Shown here: positions 26,621 to 35,593 of the stretch, piece by piece
Position numbering within the stretch: the first letter of the stretch is position 1
How the letters are laid out: each line of letters opens with the position of its first letter
Origin: Patescibacteria group bacterium
GTDB taxonomy: Bacteria > Patescibacteriota > Saccharimonadia > CAILAD01 > JADZBC01
NCBI GenBank assembly: GCA_052034495.1
Contig: JBPOIL010000005.1
Location: 24,710-88,709, forward strand
Length of the DNA stretch: 64,000 nucleotides
Direction of reading: 5' to 3'
Notes under the pieces: model-generated
Told to the model about the DNA's origin: nothing
Database searches by the model: none
Seen by the model: only the letters and a program-made list of their open reading frames with translations
Position numbers and translations under genes: made by a program

Positions 26621-27407
26621 GTTGCATTACCTCCTTGGCTAACTTTTTATAACTCTGAGCGCCCTTTGAAAACCGATCGTATTGACTAATCGGCCGACCA
26701 TGGCTTGGCGCCTCTGCTAACCTAATATTACGCGGAATTATCGTATCAAACAATGTATCTGGAAAGTGATGTTTGAGTTCCTTTTGTACCTGGGTGGCCA
26801 GGCTGGTGCGGGACGAATGCATAGTAATCACTACACCAAGCAGGGTCAGCTGTGGATTAAGACCCTGTCGAACACGCTTAACAGTAGCCAATAGTTGCCC
26901 AAGGCCTTCAAGGGCGTAGAACTCGGATTGAACGGGGATGAGTAGGTGGGTAGCCGCCACAAGGCCATTTAGAGTTAATAAGCCAAGGGATGGCGGGCAG
27001 TCAATCAGTATATAGTCGTATTCCAAATTCCCGAGAGCCTTCCGTAATTGGTATTCGCGCTGTTGTATGTTCGACAGTTCTAGCTCGGCGGCAGCCAAGA
27101 CAGAGTTGGCGGGCAAAACATCCAACTTCGGTACACCGGTGGGCTGAATAGCGCTTATTGCTGGTGCGTCTTCTACCAGCACATTGTACGCGGTTGAAGG
27201 TAGCTGGTTCTTAGCTATCGCCAGCCCGCTCGAACTATTGCCCTGGGGGTCAAGATCAACTATCAGAACCTTTTGCCCTTGCTTTGCCAAATAAGCGCCC
27301 AGGTTGATACTGGTCGTGGTTTTCCCTACCCCGCCTTTTTGATTGGCTATAGCAATAATATGAGACACTTCACCCTCCTTTGTCTTACCTATTCTAGCAT
27401 GCATCAA
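26607..27407 (-). CDS. parA: ParA/Soj ATPase.
   Basis: The deviant Walker A IANQKGGVGKTTT is present. An alternative GTG start at 27368 has a better RBS (aggagg). Confidence 0.88.
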   Translation of the reverse strand: MMHARIGKTKEGEVSHIIAIANQKGGVGKTTTSINLGAYLAKQGQKVLIVDLDPQGNSSSGLAIAKNQLPSTAYNVLVEDAPAISAIQPTGVPKLDVLPANSVLAAAELELSNIQQREYQLRKALGNLEYDYILIDCPPSLGLLTLNGLVAATHLLIPVQSEFYALEGLGQLLATVKRVRQGLNPQLTLLGVVITMHSSRTSLATQVQKELKHHFPDTLFDTIIPRNIRLAEAPSHGRPISQYDRFSKGAQSYKKLAKEVMQRVSK

Positions 27408-27443
27408 CAGATACAGCCAGCCAATTTCATCGTCCCCAAGGCG

Positions 27444-27472
27444 TTTACAAACACTACTGAATCTGCTAAGAT
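27444..27472 (+). promoter_or_regulatory. Sigma70 promoter, TTTACA-17-TAAGAT, upstream of rplU.
   Basis: The hexamers are at 27444..27449 and 27467..27472. Confidence 0.45.
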
Positions 27473-27504
27473 TGTTTATTGACTAACAAAAAACGAGGAA
27501 TCAT

Positions 27505-27810
27505 ATGATTGCAGTAATTGAAGCTGGCTCAAAGCAGTACATTGTAGAAAAGGGTCAAAAGATCCAGACCGAACTTCTTGGCGACGAGAAGGCTGTTGAG
27601 TTTAAGCCACTCATGATTATTGATGGAGATAACGTACAGGTTGGCAAGCCGGTTCTAGAAAACGCCGTGGTTAAAGCCACCGTTGCCGAAGATCAAGTTA
27701 AGGGCAAAAAAGTTGTTATCTTGAAATACAAAGCCAAGAAGCGACAAAGCACCAAGACTGGTCATCGCCAAAAGTACGCCGAGCTCACTATCACTGACAT
27801 CAAGGCCTAA
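27505..27810 (+). CDS. rplU: 50S ribosomal protein L21.
   Basis: MIAVIEAGSKQYIV and the C-terminal GHRQKYAEL match the L21 pattern. It is not followed by rpmA here. Confidence 0.88.
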   Translation: MIAVIEAGSKQYIVEKGQKIQTELLGDEKAVEFKPLMIIDGDNVQVGKPVLENAVVKATVAEDQVKGKKVVILKYKAKKRQSTKTGHRQKYAELTITDIKA

Positions 27811-27863
27811 AACATCTCCGTCCAATACTCAGGACGGTTTTTGTTTTGATGTAAAATAGCACT

Positions 27864-28391
27864 ATGCAAGCCCTCCTTATCTCTTTTCTAGCCACAAACC
27901 TCACTCACGGCTACCTACTGCTCCGCCACCGCGGCAAGGGCAGGCCCACAATCAGCGAGCGTGCCGTTGAAGACGACCTATCGCTTTCCATATATGTCGC
28001 CGCCCACTTCATTGGCGGGCTCGCTTTCGCCGTCTTCAGCTACGGACTGTTCTACATCTACTACGATAGTGAAATCCTCTTTTCCCTAGCCATTGCAGGC
28101 ATCATAACCGAGTGGCTACAAGCGGTTGTACCGGCGAGGGGCAGGTACCTGCCAGCTCACACAGCGCTCGCATACGTCATGAGCTTCTTTGTGGTTGCCA
28201 TGGGGGTCGTCGCCATCTTCACACTATCACTGCCGAGCCAGGCTAGGCTTGCACTCATCATTACCGAGGCCATTATCATCGCAGGGTACCCGGTCTCTGG
28301 GGTCTTACCTTATAAATACTTTTGGACTATTCAGCTGTTCAATACGAATTTATTCTACTTGCAAATGTATCTATTACTGCTAGCTTCATAA
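27864..28391 (+). CDS. Hypothetical membrane protein of 175 aa.
   Basis: Several TM helices are visible. No family was recognised. Confidence 0.5.
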   Translation: MQALLISFLATNLTHGYLLLRHRGKGRPTISERAVEDDLSLSIYVAAHFIGGLAFAVFSYGLFYIYYDSEILFSLAIAGIITEWLQAVVPARGRYLPAHTALAYVMSFFVVAMGVVAIFTLSLPSQARLALIITEAIIIAGYPVSGVLPYKYFWTIQLFNTNLFYLQMYLLLLAS

Positions 28392-28787
28392 AGAGTCGAA
28401 CACATCTTCGATTGTGTCCTTGTGTAAAACTGCGGGGTGCAAATAGAAGACCGAGAGATGGTTCATGGGGCCGATGATATAGACCTTCGTCTTACCGCCT
28501 AATTGCTGGGCTGCGAGGGCGGCACCGAGCTCTACATACATTCCCTTGCCAACTGTCGCGTTACTGCTCACGAGTACATAAACATCTGCATCAAGTACTC
28601 CCTGGATGTCATTAGACGCGCGTAAACCTGACTCGGCAACATCATTCAGCTTGTCTGTAGTGCTCCCCAAAAATGCATCGGTCTTGGTCCAATCGTGAGT
28701 AACCTTGTGGCCTGAGGCAACAATCTTGCGCATCACCGCGCGAACATTCTCTATGTCATCGATTCGGCCTGAAACAAAGAAGTTCAT
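28386..28787 (-). CDS. Nucleoside 2-deoxyribosyltransferase-like protein. The start is at MNFFVSGR, forming an ATGA overlap with the stop of the upstream lipase gene.
   Basis: The NDT-like pattern FVSGRIDD....ADVYVLVS.NATVGKGMYVELGAALAA...KVYIIGP is present, with a conserved Glu. The ATGA overlap is at 28784..28787. Confidence 0.6.
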   Translation of the reverse strand: MNFFVSGRIDDIENVRAVMRKIVASGHKVTHDWTKTDAFLGSTTDKLNDVAESGLRASNDIQGVLDADVYVLVSSNATVGKGMYVELGAALAAQQLGGKTKVYIIGPMNHLSVFYLHPAVLHKDTIEDVFDSL

Positions 28788-30187
28788 TGGCAACTTGAAG
28801 TAGTAGGCTGGCCTGAGCGTACGGCTGACATCCAATTCATCGTGTCATTGAAACTCTGGGCCATGGTGTCGTAGTGAGTAGCCGTGGGGTAATACTTCAC
28901 AGTGACCTGGCCGCCGCCCAAGCGACACAGCCGCTGTCGCAATGCCTCGGACTGGCTCGGTAACACAACGTTGTCCTTCTGGCCATGGTTAATTAGCTTA
29001 GCGGCGGGAGTAGAGATTGTTCCCGCACGATTCTTAGCGAGGTCACGAGCCAAATCACTATAGTTGCCAGACAGGTCTCCGCGCAACAATGCGCTCAAGA
29101 ACGCAGGCTGATATATGGCAGCCGAGTTTTTACCCCAGTGCGGAATCACGGTGTTGATACATTGCGTGGCGATATCCGACTTAATACTCTGTTGCCACTT
29201 TGGCAGCAAATATGAGCTTAGGTCGTAATTGCTACGGTAATAGTCTTGGTACGCCGTAAGTATAAACGGCCCGAACCAATTAATGTTTGCTCCACGTGTT
29301 ATGTCGGCGAGTGTCGTCTGTACGTCACTAACTGGGCCAAAGCCAACGAGACCCTTTATGTCCAGCTCAGGGGCATAATCATCGGCAATCATGTCTGCCC
29401 AGAGTGCAGCATGCCCACCCTGTGAGTAGCCAGCTACGAATATATTCTCCGCATCAATAGCCCCCTTTGTGGCGGGCAAATTCTCCAGCACGCGAATACT
29501 ATCCAGCACAGCGCGGCCCTCCTGGGCACCAACCATATAATGGTGGGTTCGATCTGGGTCGCGCATCCCCTGGTAGTCAGTAATCACCACAGCGTACCCC
29601 TGAGCCGCATAAGCAGCCATTAAGGAATCATAGTTCGCCCAGTTGGCGACAGCTGGCTTCTCTAAGCTCGCAGCACACCTGTCATCTATGCCGGTAGTCC
29701 CTGGAGCGAATGCGAAGACAGGTAAATCAGAGTTCGCCGTAGTCCCTGCCGGCGTATATACGCGCGCGTACACAGGCACCTCTCGACCCTCCTCGTCTGA
29801 CGACGTGTAGCGAACCACCTGTTTATTGATTCCTGCCTGGACAGGCAAGGCGTAGCCCTTATTGGCCTGCAGAATAAGTGCTTTGGTAGAATTCACATCG
29901 TAACTAACGACTGGCTCGGTGGTAATAACTTTGCCGAACTTCGGTTTTGGTTGCTCAGGGTTTACGAGACGAGTCAATAAGTCCCGAGTCTGCGGAGTAC
30001 TGCCGGCCATGATGTATGCATACGTAAAATACGCGACAGCCATAAGGCCCAGGGTAATTGCTAACCAAGCAGCGAATCTCGGCCAGTTGATCTTCCGTTT
30101 CGCGCTTGCTCGACGTGGGAGTGGTGGCATGTACACAGGCTCCTTGTGGCGGGCTGTGGGTTTCTTTTTAGGATGAGACTTGTTCAT
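28784..30187 (-). CDS. Membrane-anchored secretory lipase/esterase of the alpha/beta hydrolase fold, LIP family-like.
   Basis: An N-terminal basic region and TM helix are followed by the nucleophile elbow GYSQGGHAAL. Confidence 0.7.
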   Translation of the reverse strand: MNKSHPKKKPTARHKEPVYMPPLPRRASAKRKINWPRFAAWLAITLGLMAVAYFTYAYIMAGSTPQTRDLLTRLVNPEQPKPKFGKVITTEPVVSYDVNSTKALILQANKGYALPVQAGINKQVVRYTSSDEEGREVPVYARVYTPAGTTANSDLPVFAFAPGTTGIDDRCAASLEKPAVANWANYDSLMAAYAAQGYAVVITDYQGMRDPDRTHHYMVGAQEGRAVLDSIRVLENLPATKGAIDAENIFVAGYSQGGHAALWADMIADDYAPELDIKGLVGFGPVSDVQTTLADITRGANINWFGPFILTAYQDYYRSNYDLSSYLLPKWQQSIKSDIATQCINTVIPHWGKNSAAIYQPAFLSALLRGDLSGNYSDLARDLAKNRAGTISTPAAKLINHGQKDNVVLPSQSEALRQRLCRLGGGQVTVKYYPTATHYDTMAQSFNDTMNWMSAVRSGQPTTSSCQ

Positions 30188-30756
30188 AATAGTGACCTTT
30201 TCATAATATACACATCTTGGCCGCCGATAAAGCCCTTGGCTACTCGCTCCAGATTGAAGTTATGCTTTTTGTAGAACTCTGCATGATCATACGTTACAAG
30301 CTCAACACTCTTGAGGCCCTTCTGCTGCAACCAGCCTACTGACTCCATGAGTAGATCGGCCCCCAGGCCGCGACCACGATGCTCGGGCTCGACATACAGC
30401 CAAAATATATCACCACAGTCTTCGCCCGGCCGAGTCGCCCCAATAATATAGCCGACCAGGGCATCGTCACTCCACAGGCCAATCAGCATCCTATCAGGGC
30501 GCAAGCTACCTAGCGCGAGCTTGGGTGCACTGTTTTGTCGGCGTGTCTGCTCTAAGTAAGAATCACTGTAGTAACTAAAGTCTTGGTCCAGTGCAGACCT
30601 AAACAGCCTGGCTAGAGCCGGGCTGTGGTGTGGCCTAACATAGGCCAGCCGATATGGTCCATCAAGCCGCTTAGCCATGCAGCTCCACTCTGTTTTTGCC
30701 ATTCGCCTTCGCAAGACTAAGCGCAGAATCTGCTCGGCCCAGCAAATCATCAACAC
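30184..30756 (-). CDS. GNAT-family N-acetyltransferase. The start is probably at internal M19 or M27, at 30702 or 30678.
   Basis: The acetyl-CoA binding motif YVEPEHRGRGLGADLL is present. The N-terminal extension would overlap the end of the GGDEF gene. Confidence 0.75.
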   Translation of the reverse strand: MLMICWAEQILRLVLRRRMAKTEWSCMAKRLDGPYRLAYVRPHHSPALARLFRSALDQDFSYYSDSYLEQTRRQNSAPKLALGSLRPDRMLIGLWSDDALVGYIIGATRPGEDCGDIFWLYVEPEHRGRGLGADLLMESVGWLQQKGLKSVELVTYDHAEFYKKHNFNLERVAKGFIGGQDVYIMKRSLL

Positions 30757-31264
30757 TCACTCCCGGAGCCATGCTAGCAACACCAAATGAGGCCGTCACC
30801 TTTAATCCAGCAGCTGATCCCTGGAAGCTTAAAGCCTCTACCTTTGCGCGCAAGTCCTCGGCGATTTTTGCAGCCCTTTCTAGGTCGGCGCCCACGAGTC
30901 CAACCACGATTTCCTCTCCACCGTATCGACCAACCACATCGATGCCGCGCAAAGAAGCCCGAATAGCAGTAGCAATATCTCGCAGCACCTCATCGCCCAC
31001 AGCATGACCGTACTGGTCATTTATCTGCTTGAAGTTATCAACATCCACAAAGACAACGCTGAATGATTTGATAATTAGAAACTGCCTGCGATCTGGATTT
31101 TTCAGTTGAAAATCTACCTCGCGGGTAAACGCCGTAAGCATCTGCATCAGGCCGCGACGATTCATAATACTCGTCAGCTCATCGGTATCCACCTGTTGCT
31201 CTAGTTCGGCAACACGACGTTTGAGTCGCTCTATTTGGGCTTTGTAGACTTCTTCTGACGCCAT
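30671..31264 (-). CDS. Diguanylate cyclase (GGDEF domain) with an N-terminal coiled coil.
   Basis: The GGEEI active site is present in RYGGEEIVVGL. The metal-binding D of VDVDNFKQIND is present, and an RxxD-like I-site region is present. Confidence 0.82.
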   Translation of the reverse strand: MASEEVYKAQIERLKRRVAELEQQVDTDELTSIMNRRGLMQMLTAFTREVDFQLKNPDRRQFLIIKSFSVVFVDVDNFKQINDQYGHAVGDEVLRDIATAIRASLRGIDVVGRYGGEEIVVGLVGADLERAAKIAEDLRAKVEALSFQGSAAGLKVTASFGVASMAPGVSVDDLLGRADSALSLAKANGKNRVELHG

Positions 31265-31266
31265 AG

Positions 31267-32190
31267 CTACTCTTGGTTTACTAGGTAATGCTCTACCTCG
31301 AGCGCAGCTCGGCAGCCATCGCCCGCAGCCGTGATGGCCTGTCGGTAGCGTGAATCGACTACGTCACCAGCTGCAAAAACCCCCGGAATGTCCGTTAGCA
31401 CAGAGTCCTTGGCCACAATGTATCCTTTTTCGTCCAATTCCAAAGATTCTTTGAACAAACTTGTAGCTGGAGTGTGGCCAATCGCCACAAACATACCCTG
31501 ACAAGCAAAGTCCCGTTCGGTTCCGTCTTTAGTATCTTTGAGCCGAACGCCCTCTACGTTGTCATTACCCAACACATCAATTACTTCGGTGTTCCATATA
31601 AATTCAATCTTAGGGTCATCCATAGCGCGCTTTTGCATAATCTTGCTAGCCCGCAACGTGTTGCGGCGGTGAACAATGTAAACCTTACTTGCAAACTTAG
31701 TAAGCGCGTGGGCTTCTTCCATAGCCACGTCGCCTCCACCCACTACTACCACTTCCTTATCGCGGAAGAAGAACGCATCACAGGTAGCGCAGGCGCTTAT
31801 GCCATGGCTCATGAGCCGTTGTTCGTTCTCTAGTCCGAGCCAGTTAGCCGAAGCACCGGTGGAAATAATCACCGTCTTCGCTTGGTACTCGTACTCACCT
31901 ACGTAAACCTTCTTCACTCCACCATCAAGCTCTACTTTGGTTACGAATTCACTTATTAGCTCAGTGCCAAATCGCTTGGCTTGGGCCTTCATTTCCTCCA
32001 TCAGTGCCGGTCCACTAATACCGTCTTTGAAGCCTGGGAAGTTCTCAACTTCGCCTGTTAACAGCAGCTGGCCACCTGGCGTATCGCCAGCGATCATCAG
32101 TGTGCTCAGACTCGCACGTGCAGTGTAAATGGCAGCTGTATATCCCGCCGGCCCCGCTCCTATAATGATTACGTCATATACTTTATCCAT
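31267..32190 (-). CDS. trxB: Thioredoxin reductase.
   Basis: The FAD motif IIGAGPAGYTAA, the redox-active CATC and the NADPH motif VVVVGGGD are present. The start is at MDKVYDV; the ORF in the track runs to 32226. Confidence 0.9.
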   Translation of the reverse strand: MDKVYDVIIIGAGPAGYTAAIYTARASLSTLMIAGDTPGGQLLLTGEVENFPGFKDGISGPALMEEMKAQAKRFGTELISEFVTKVELDGGVKKVYVGEYEYQAKTVIISTGASANWLGLENEQRLMSHGISACATCDAFFFRDKEVVVVGGGDVAMEEAHALTKFASKVYIVHRRNTLRASKIMQKRAMDDPKIEFIWNTEVIDVLGNDNVEGVRLKDTKDGTERDFACQGMFVAIGHTPATSLFKESLELDEKGYIVAKDSVLTDIPGVFAAGDVVDSRYRQAITAAGDGCRAALEVEHYLVNQE

Positions 32191-32356
32191 CTGTATATTA
32201 TACCAATCATCGCCCCACTCCGCCACGGTGCGAGTAGCGTAGTAATAATTACTAACTTCCGCAGGTAGGTGCTTCGAGGCATCCGATAATTCCCTTTTGG
32301 TGCGCTTATTGCAACGAAGTTAAAACCTTGCTTTTAAATGTCTATATAATCTAGAT

Positions 32357-32998
32357 ATGTTAAAAATTAATCCTGCACTGTGTTTTCGGCCAAAAGACCT
32401 TATTGGGTATTTGAAGCAAACTAAGGAAGAAAAGACTATTGCCGAAGAGATTGGGGCAGCTGTCACCCATCGCTTGATAATGGAAAAGGAGTTGGGCTGG
32501 AAAAACTACTTTATTTATTTTGAACCGAAAGATTCAAAGCAAGCAGAGCTACTAAAAAAGATTGGCAGCACATTAAACTACGGCGAATTAGAAGACTTCC
32601 TGGCAAAGAATGTCGCGCAAGCTACTCCAATGGACTATGCCTTCATAAACAAGGATACACAGCCAGCAGAGGTTTACCCCGTACAGCACAAACGCTATTT
32701 TCCTAAAAAGAACAGTGTAACGGCAACCGCCGATTTAATTAAGGCTCTTGAGAAGTGGAGAACGCAGTACGCAAAAACAGAAACAACACTTCTAATCCAT
32801 TACAGAGGAAACTTGATGGATGTCGACCTCGAAGAGGTGATGACGTGGCTCAATGACAACAACTTCCCATTTAGGGAAGTACTGTTCCTGATTATGAATG
32901 ATGGAGGCCCTACTTTTATCCAGGTATTGCCAAATAGTGGTGACGGGATGATGGGTTATCATAGCTATAGCAAAAGTGAAATGTTTGGCGATTCTTAG
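32357..32998 (+). CDS. Hypothetical protein of 213 aa, encoded in an AT-rich island.
   Basis: An ORF with low-GC coding. TATAAT lies 7 nt upstream of the ATG. No recognisable domain. Confidence 0.5.
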   Translation: MLKINPALCFRPKDLIGYLKQTKEEKTIAEEIGAAVTHRLIMEKELGWKNYFIYFEPKDSKQAELLKKIGSTLNYGELEDFLAKNVAQATPMDYAFINKDTQPAEVYPVQHKRYFPKKNSVTATADLIKALEKWRTQYAKTETTLLIHYRGNLMDVDLEEVMTWLNDNNFPFREVLFLIMNDGGPTFIQVLPNSGDGMMGYHSYSKSEMFGDS

Positions 32999-33053
32999 AG
33001 AAGCCCGTATCCACACAGCCAAACGTTAAATCTCAACTTCTTAAGGATTATCC

Positions 33054-33731
33054 TTACTCAGCATCTGGGATCAGTTGGGTACCCAGTTTTCTCGCAATAG
33101 TGTTCAGTTCTTCTGCTTTTGTCTTCACGATGTCACTATGATTAAGAACTACACCCATGAGTGTCAAGGCGGTCAGGCAGTTAGCTTGCTTCAAGAGGTT
33201 GAGTTGGCCAGCTTTAAGATTCTTGTTCGTAATATAAGTCAGCGAACCTGGATTCGGGTGTCCAAAATAACTTAATAGGTCATAGATATTTAAAAATGAG
33301 CTGCCACTTGCCTTGATGCGGTCTTCAATTGAAGCATTCGTCCATTTGTTAGCTTGTTTCAACTCTCTGGATTCGGCCAAAGCATCGTAATCTTTTTGGG
33401 CAACACCAATCATAATCTCCCTGAATTTCTCCATGCTTTCCACATAAGCTTTCGGATATTTGTCTGGTTTATCGTAGATGTAAAACAAATCAGCAACATT
33501 CTCCAAAGCTGTTCTTACCAGAGAACCTCCGCTTATAACACTGCCTTTATGAAGTACATCCCGAGCTGCAACAAAATAATCTAATCCCAACCTAAAAACT
33601 ATTATTGCAGCCCCTTTGGGATGGTCTGCATTTATGTCAGGATTTTGTTGCTGGAATTCGTCGTATATATTTAGTATCTTATCGCTGACTTCTTTTACGA
33701 TACTATCTATCTCGGGGATTATCTTTTGCAT
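33054..33731 (-). CDS. Hypothetical protein of 225 aa, encoded in the AT-rich island and convergent with 32357..32998.
   Basis: An ORF with low-GC coding. No HEPN Rx4-6H motif was found. No recognisable domain. Confidence 0.5.
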   Translation of the reverse strand: MQKIIPEIDSIVKEVSDKILNIYDEFQQQNPDINADHPKGAAIIVFRLGLDYFVAARDVLHKGSVISGGSLVRTALENVADLFYIYDKPDKYPKAYVESMEKFREIMIGVAQKDYDALAESRELKQANKWTNASIEDRIKASGSSFLNIYDLLSYFGHPNPGSLTYITNKNLKAGQLNLLKQANCLTALTLMGVVLNHSDIVKTKAEELNTIARKLGTQLIPDAE

Positions 33732-33864
33732 GTATTAATCATAACAGAGGTTAAAACCTATCCTTATCATAAAAAACTTCTCTGTTGGGTCGTCAGCTTT
33801 CTAACTTTTCCGTCTCGTCTCCTCTTCTTAGGAATTAGAGATGTTAAAACCCGAAATTAACAGA

Positions 33865-33893
33865 TAAAAAAGAGCCCTTATCGGGCTCAAAAA
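33865..33893. terminator. Intrinsic terminator, gagccc-ttat-cgggctc, flanked by A-runs and T-runs.
   Basis: The hairpin is at 33872..33888. The minus strand reads TTTTTT after the stem, downstream of the nuclease gene. Confidence 0.6.
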
Positions 33894-33926
33894 TGCGTAT
33901 GGTGCAGCAAAAGAGACTCTAACCTA

Positions 33927-34481
33927 TCACCCAGGCTGCTTTGTGTCGCCATCGCAGGTGTTCGGCGACCACAGGCCGCGCGCAGATACTTCTGCCTCAG
34001 CTTCTGCCTGATTAAAGTCCGCTTGGTATTTATATACTTGGCCTAGATAGGTGTACTCCTTGGCAAAGCCATCACGAATCATCCCCTGTGCGAAATTAGA
34101 TCCGTCAGGTAAGAACACATAAGCCAATCTGCGGCCATACTTGTCCTGCTCCCCCACCTGCACATCGTACTCCAGGCGTACGGTCTTGCCGCTCAGCCGT
34201 CGCTTCGCTTCGGCGGACGCCTCGCGCCCAAAGCACTGCACAACTTTGCGCGGGTCTACAACCTCGGGTGTATCCATGCCTATCAAGCGCACCTTCTGAG
34301 TCCGGCCATCCATGCTGACTTCAACCGTATCGCCATCTACCACATTATTGACCCTATATTCACCCAAGCTAGTGGGCGCTTGATTGGCCGACGATTGCTG
34401 CTGCATGGCTAGGCCATGGTATATGCTTAAACAAGCGAACACGGCGGCCATTAGGATGCCTAGGCGCTTTTTGCGGCTCAT
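33927..34481 (-). CDS. Secreted thermonuclease (staphylococcal-nuclease-like).
   Basis: A signal peptide is present. The SNase pattern VVDGDTV..VRLIGMDTPE..EASAEAKRRL..RLEYDV..DKYGRRLAYV is present. Confidence 0.85.
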   Translation of the reverse strand: MSRKKRLGILMAAVFACLSIYHGLAMQQQSSANQAPTSLGEYRVNNVVDGDTVEVSMDGRTQKVRLIGMDTPEVVDPRKVVQCFGREASAEAKRRLSGKTVRLEYDVQVGEQDKYGRRLAYVFLPDGSNFAQGMIRDGFAKEYTYLGQVYKYQADFNQAEAEAEVSARGLWSPNTCDGDTKQPG

Positions 34482-35584
34482 GCGAACTCTCGCTTTTTGC
34501 GACGAATGTAGATGCTCTGAATAACGCCCACGGCGAACATGGTTACAATCATGCTCGAACCACCGGCAGAGATGAATGGAAGTGGGATGCCCGTAACCGG
34601 CATAATGCCGAGGTTCATACCGACGTTAATAAACAAATGGAACAGCAGCATGCTGGCCAAGCCTACGCCAAGCAACCCACCGAACTTATCGGCAGCGAGT
34701 TTGGTAATCCAGTAAGCGCGCAATACCAGTGCCAAAAAGGCCGTGAGGGTGAGTAGCCCGCCAAAAAAACCGAGCTTTTCGGCCAGTACCGCGAATATAA
34801 AGTCCGTCTGTTGTGAGGGTAAAAAGTTACCTTGGCTTTGAGAGCCCGAGCCAAGTCCTTGACCAAACCACCCGCCATTACCCACTGCAATGATTGCTTG
34901 GTTCACATTGTATCCAGTCGTGGCTGGATTGGCTGCGGGGTTCAAGAACGTCGTAATGCGCTGCTGCTGGTATGGCTGCAGTCGAGGAATAATGAGTGGC
35001 ACCATAGCCGCGACGCTTGCCACCAAGCCAACCAGGTACTGCCAGCGCACACGAGCAGCAATTGCCATAGAAAACCAAATAGCACCGAACACCATGCCGG
35101 TGCCTAAGTCTGGCTGAGCGAGCACCAAAAGCATTGGGGCTGCCACGTAAGCGAGAGACCCTAGCCAGTACTTCCATTCGTTGATGTTGTCGTAGTGACG
35201 AGAAAAGTGCTGAGCGAGCATAATTGCTAGTATCGGTTTGGCAAACTCTGATGGCTGGAACTGGAAGAATCCAATGTCAATCCAGCGAGTTGCCCCAAGC
35301 CTGGTAGCACCTGCTAAGTCTACGTACAGCAGGGTGATAATTGAGAGGATATAGAGCACGAAGGTATAGTTGCGCAGTATACGGTAATCAAGCCGGGCAA
35401 AGAACAACATAACCATGAGACCAACACCGCCGTACAGGAACTGTCGACTCGGATCGATCTCGGTGGCTACAATTGCCGGCTTAATCCCAGAGGAATAGAG
35501 CACGGTTAAACCAATAACCAACAGCACCAATGTGCTGGCAGCTAATACTAAATCAAGTTTGCGTAAAAAGCGAAGTCCAAACAT
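34478..35584 (-). CDS. ftsW: SEDS-family peptidoglycan glycosyltransferase, FtsW/RodA.
   Basis: It has 10 TM helices and the SEDS conserved region SEFAKP..GTGMVF..QQTDFIFAV..GGSSM. It overlaps the nuclease gene by 4 nt. Confidence 0.85.
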   Translation of the reverse strand: MFGLRFLRKLDLVLAASTLVLLVIGLTVLYSSGIKPAIVATEIDPSRQFLYGGVGLMVMLFFARLDYRILRNYTFVLYILSIITLLYVDLAGATRLGATRWIDIGFFQFQPSEFAKPILAIMLAQHFSRHYDNINEWKYWLGSLAYVAAPMLLVLAQPDLGTGMVFGAIWFSMAIAARVRWQYLVGLVASVAAMVPLIIPRLQPYQQQRITTFLNPAANPATTGYNVNQAIIAVGNGGWFGQGLGSGSQSQGNFLPSQQTDFIFAVLAEKLGFFGGLLTLTAFLALVLRAYWITKLAADKFGGLLGVGLASMLLFHLFINVGMNLGIMPVTGIPLPFISAGGSSMIVTMFAVGVIQSIYIRRKKREFA

Positions 35585-35593
35585 ATACCCCTA

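Noticed and set aside
33054-33731. A possible HEPN-family Abi protein.
   Set aside because: No Rx4-6H motif is present anywhere in the sequence.
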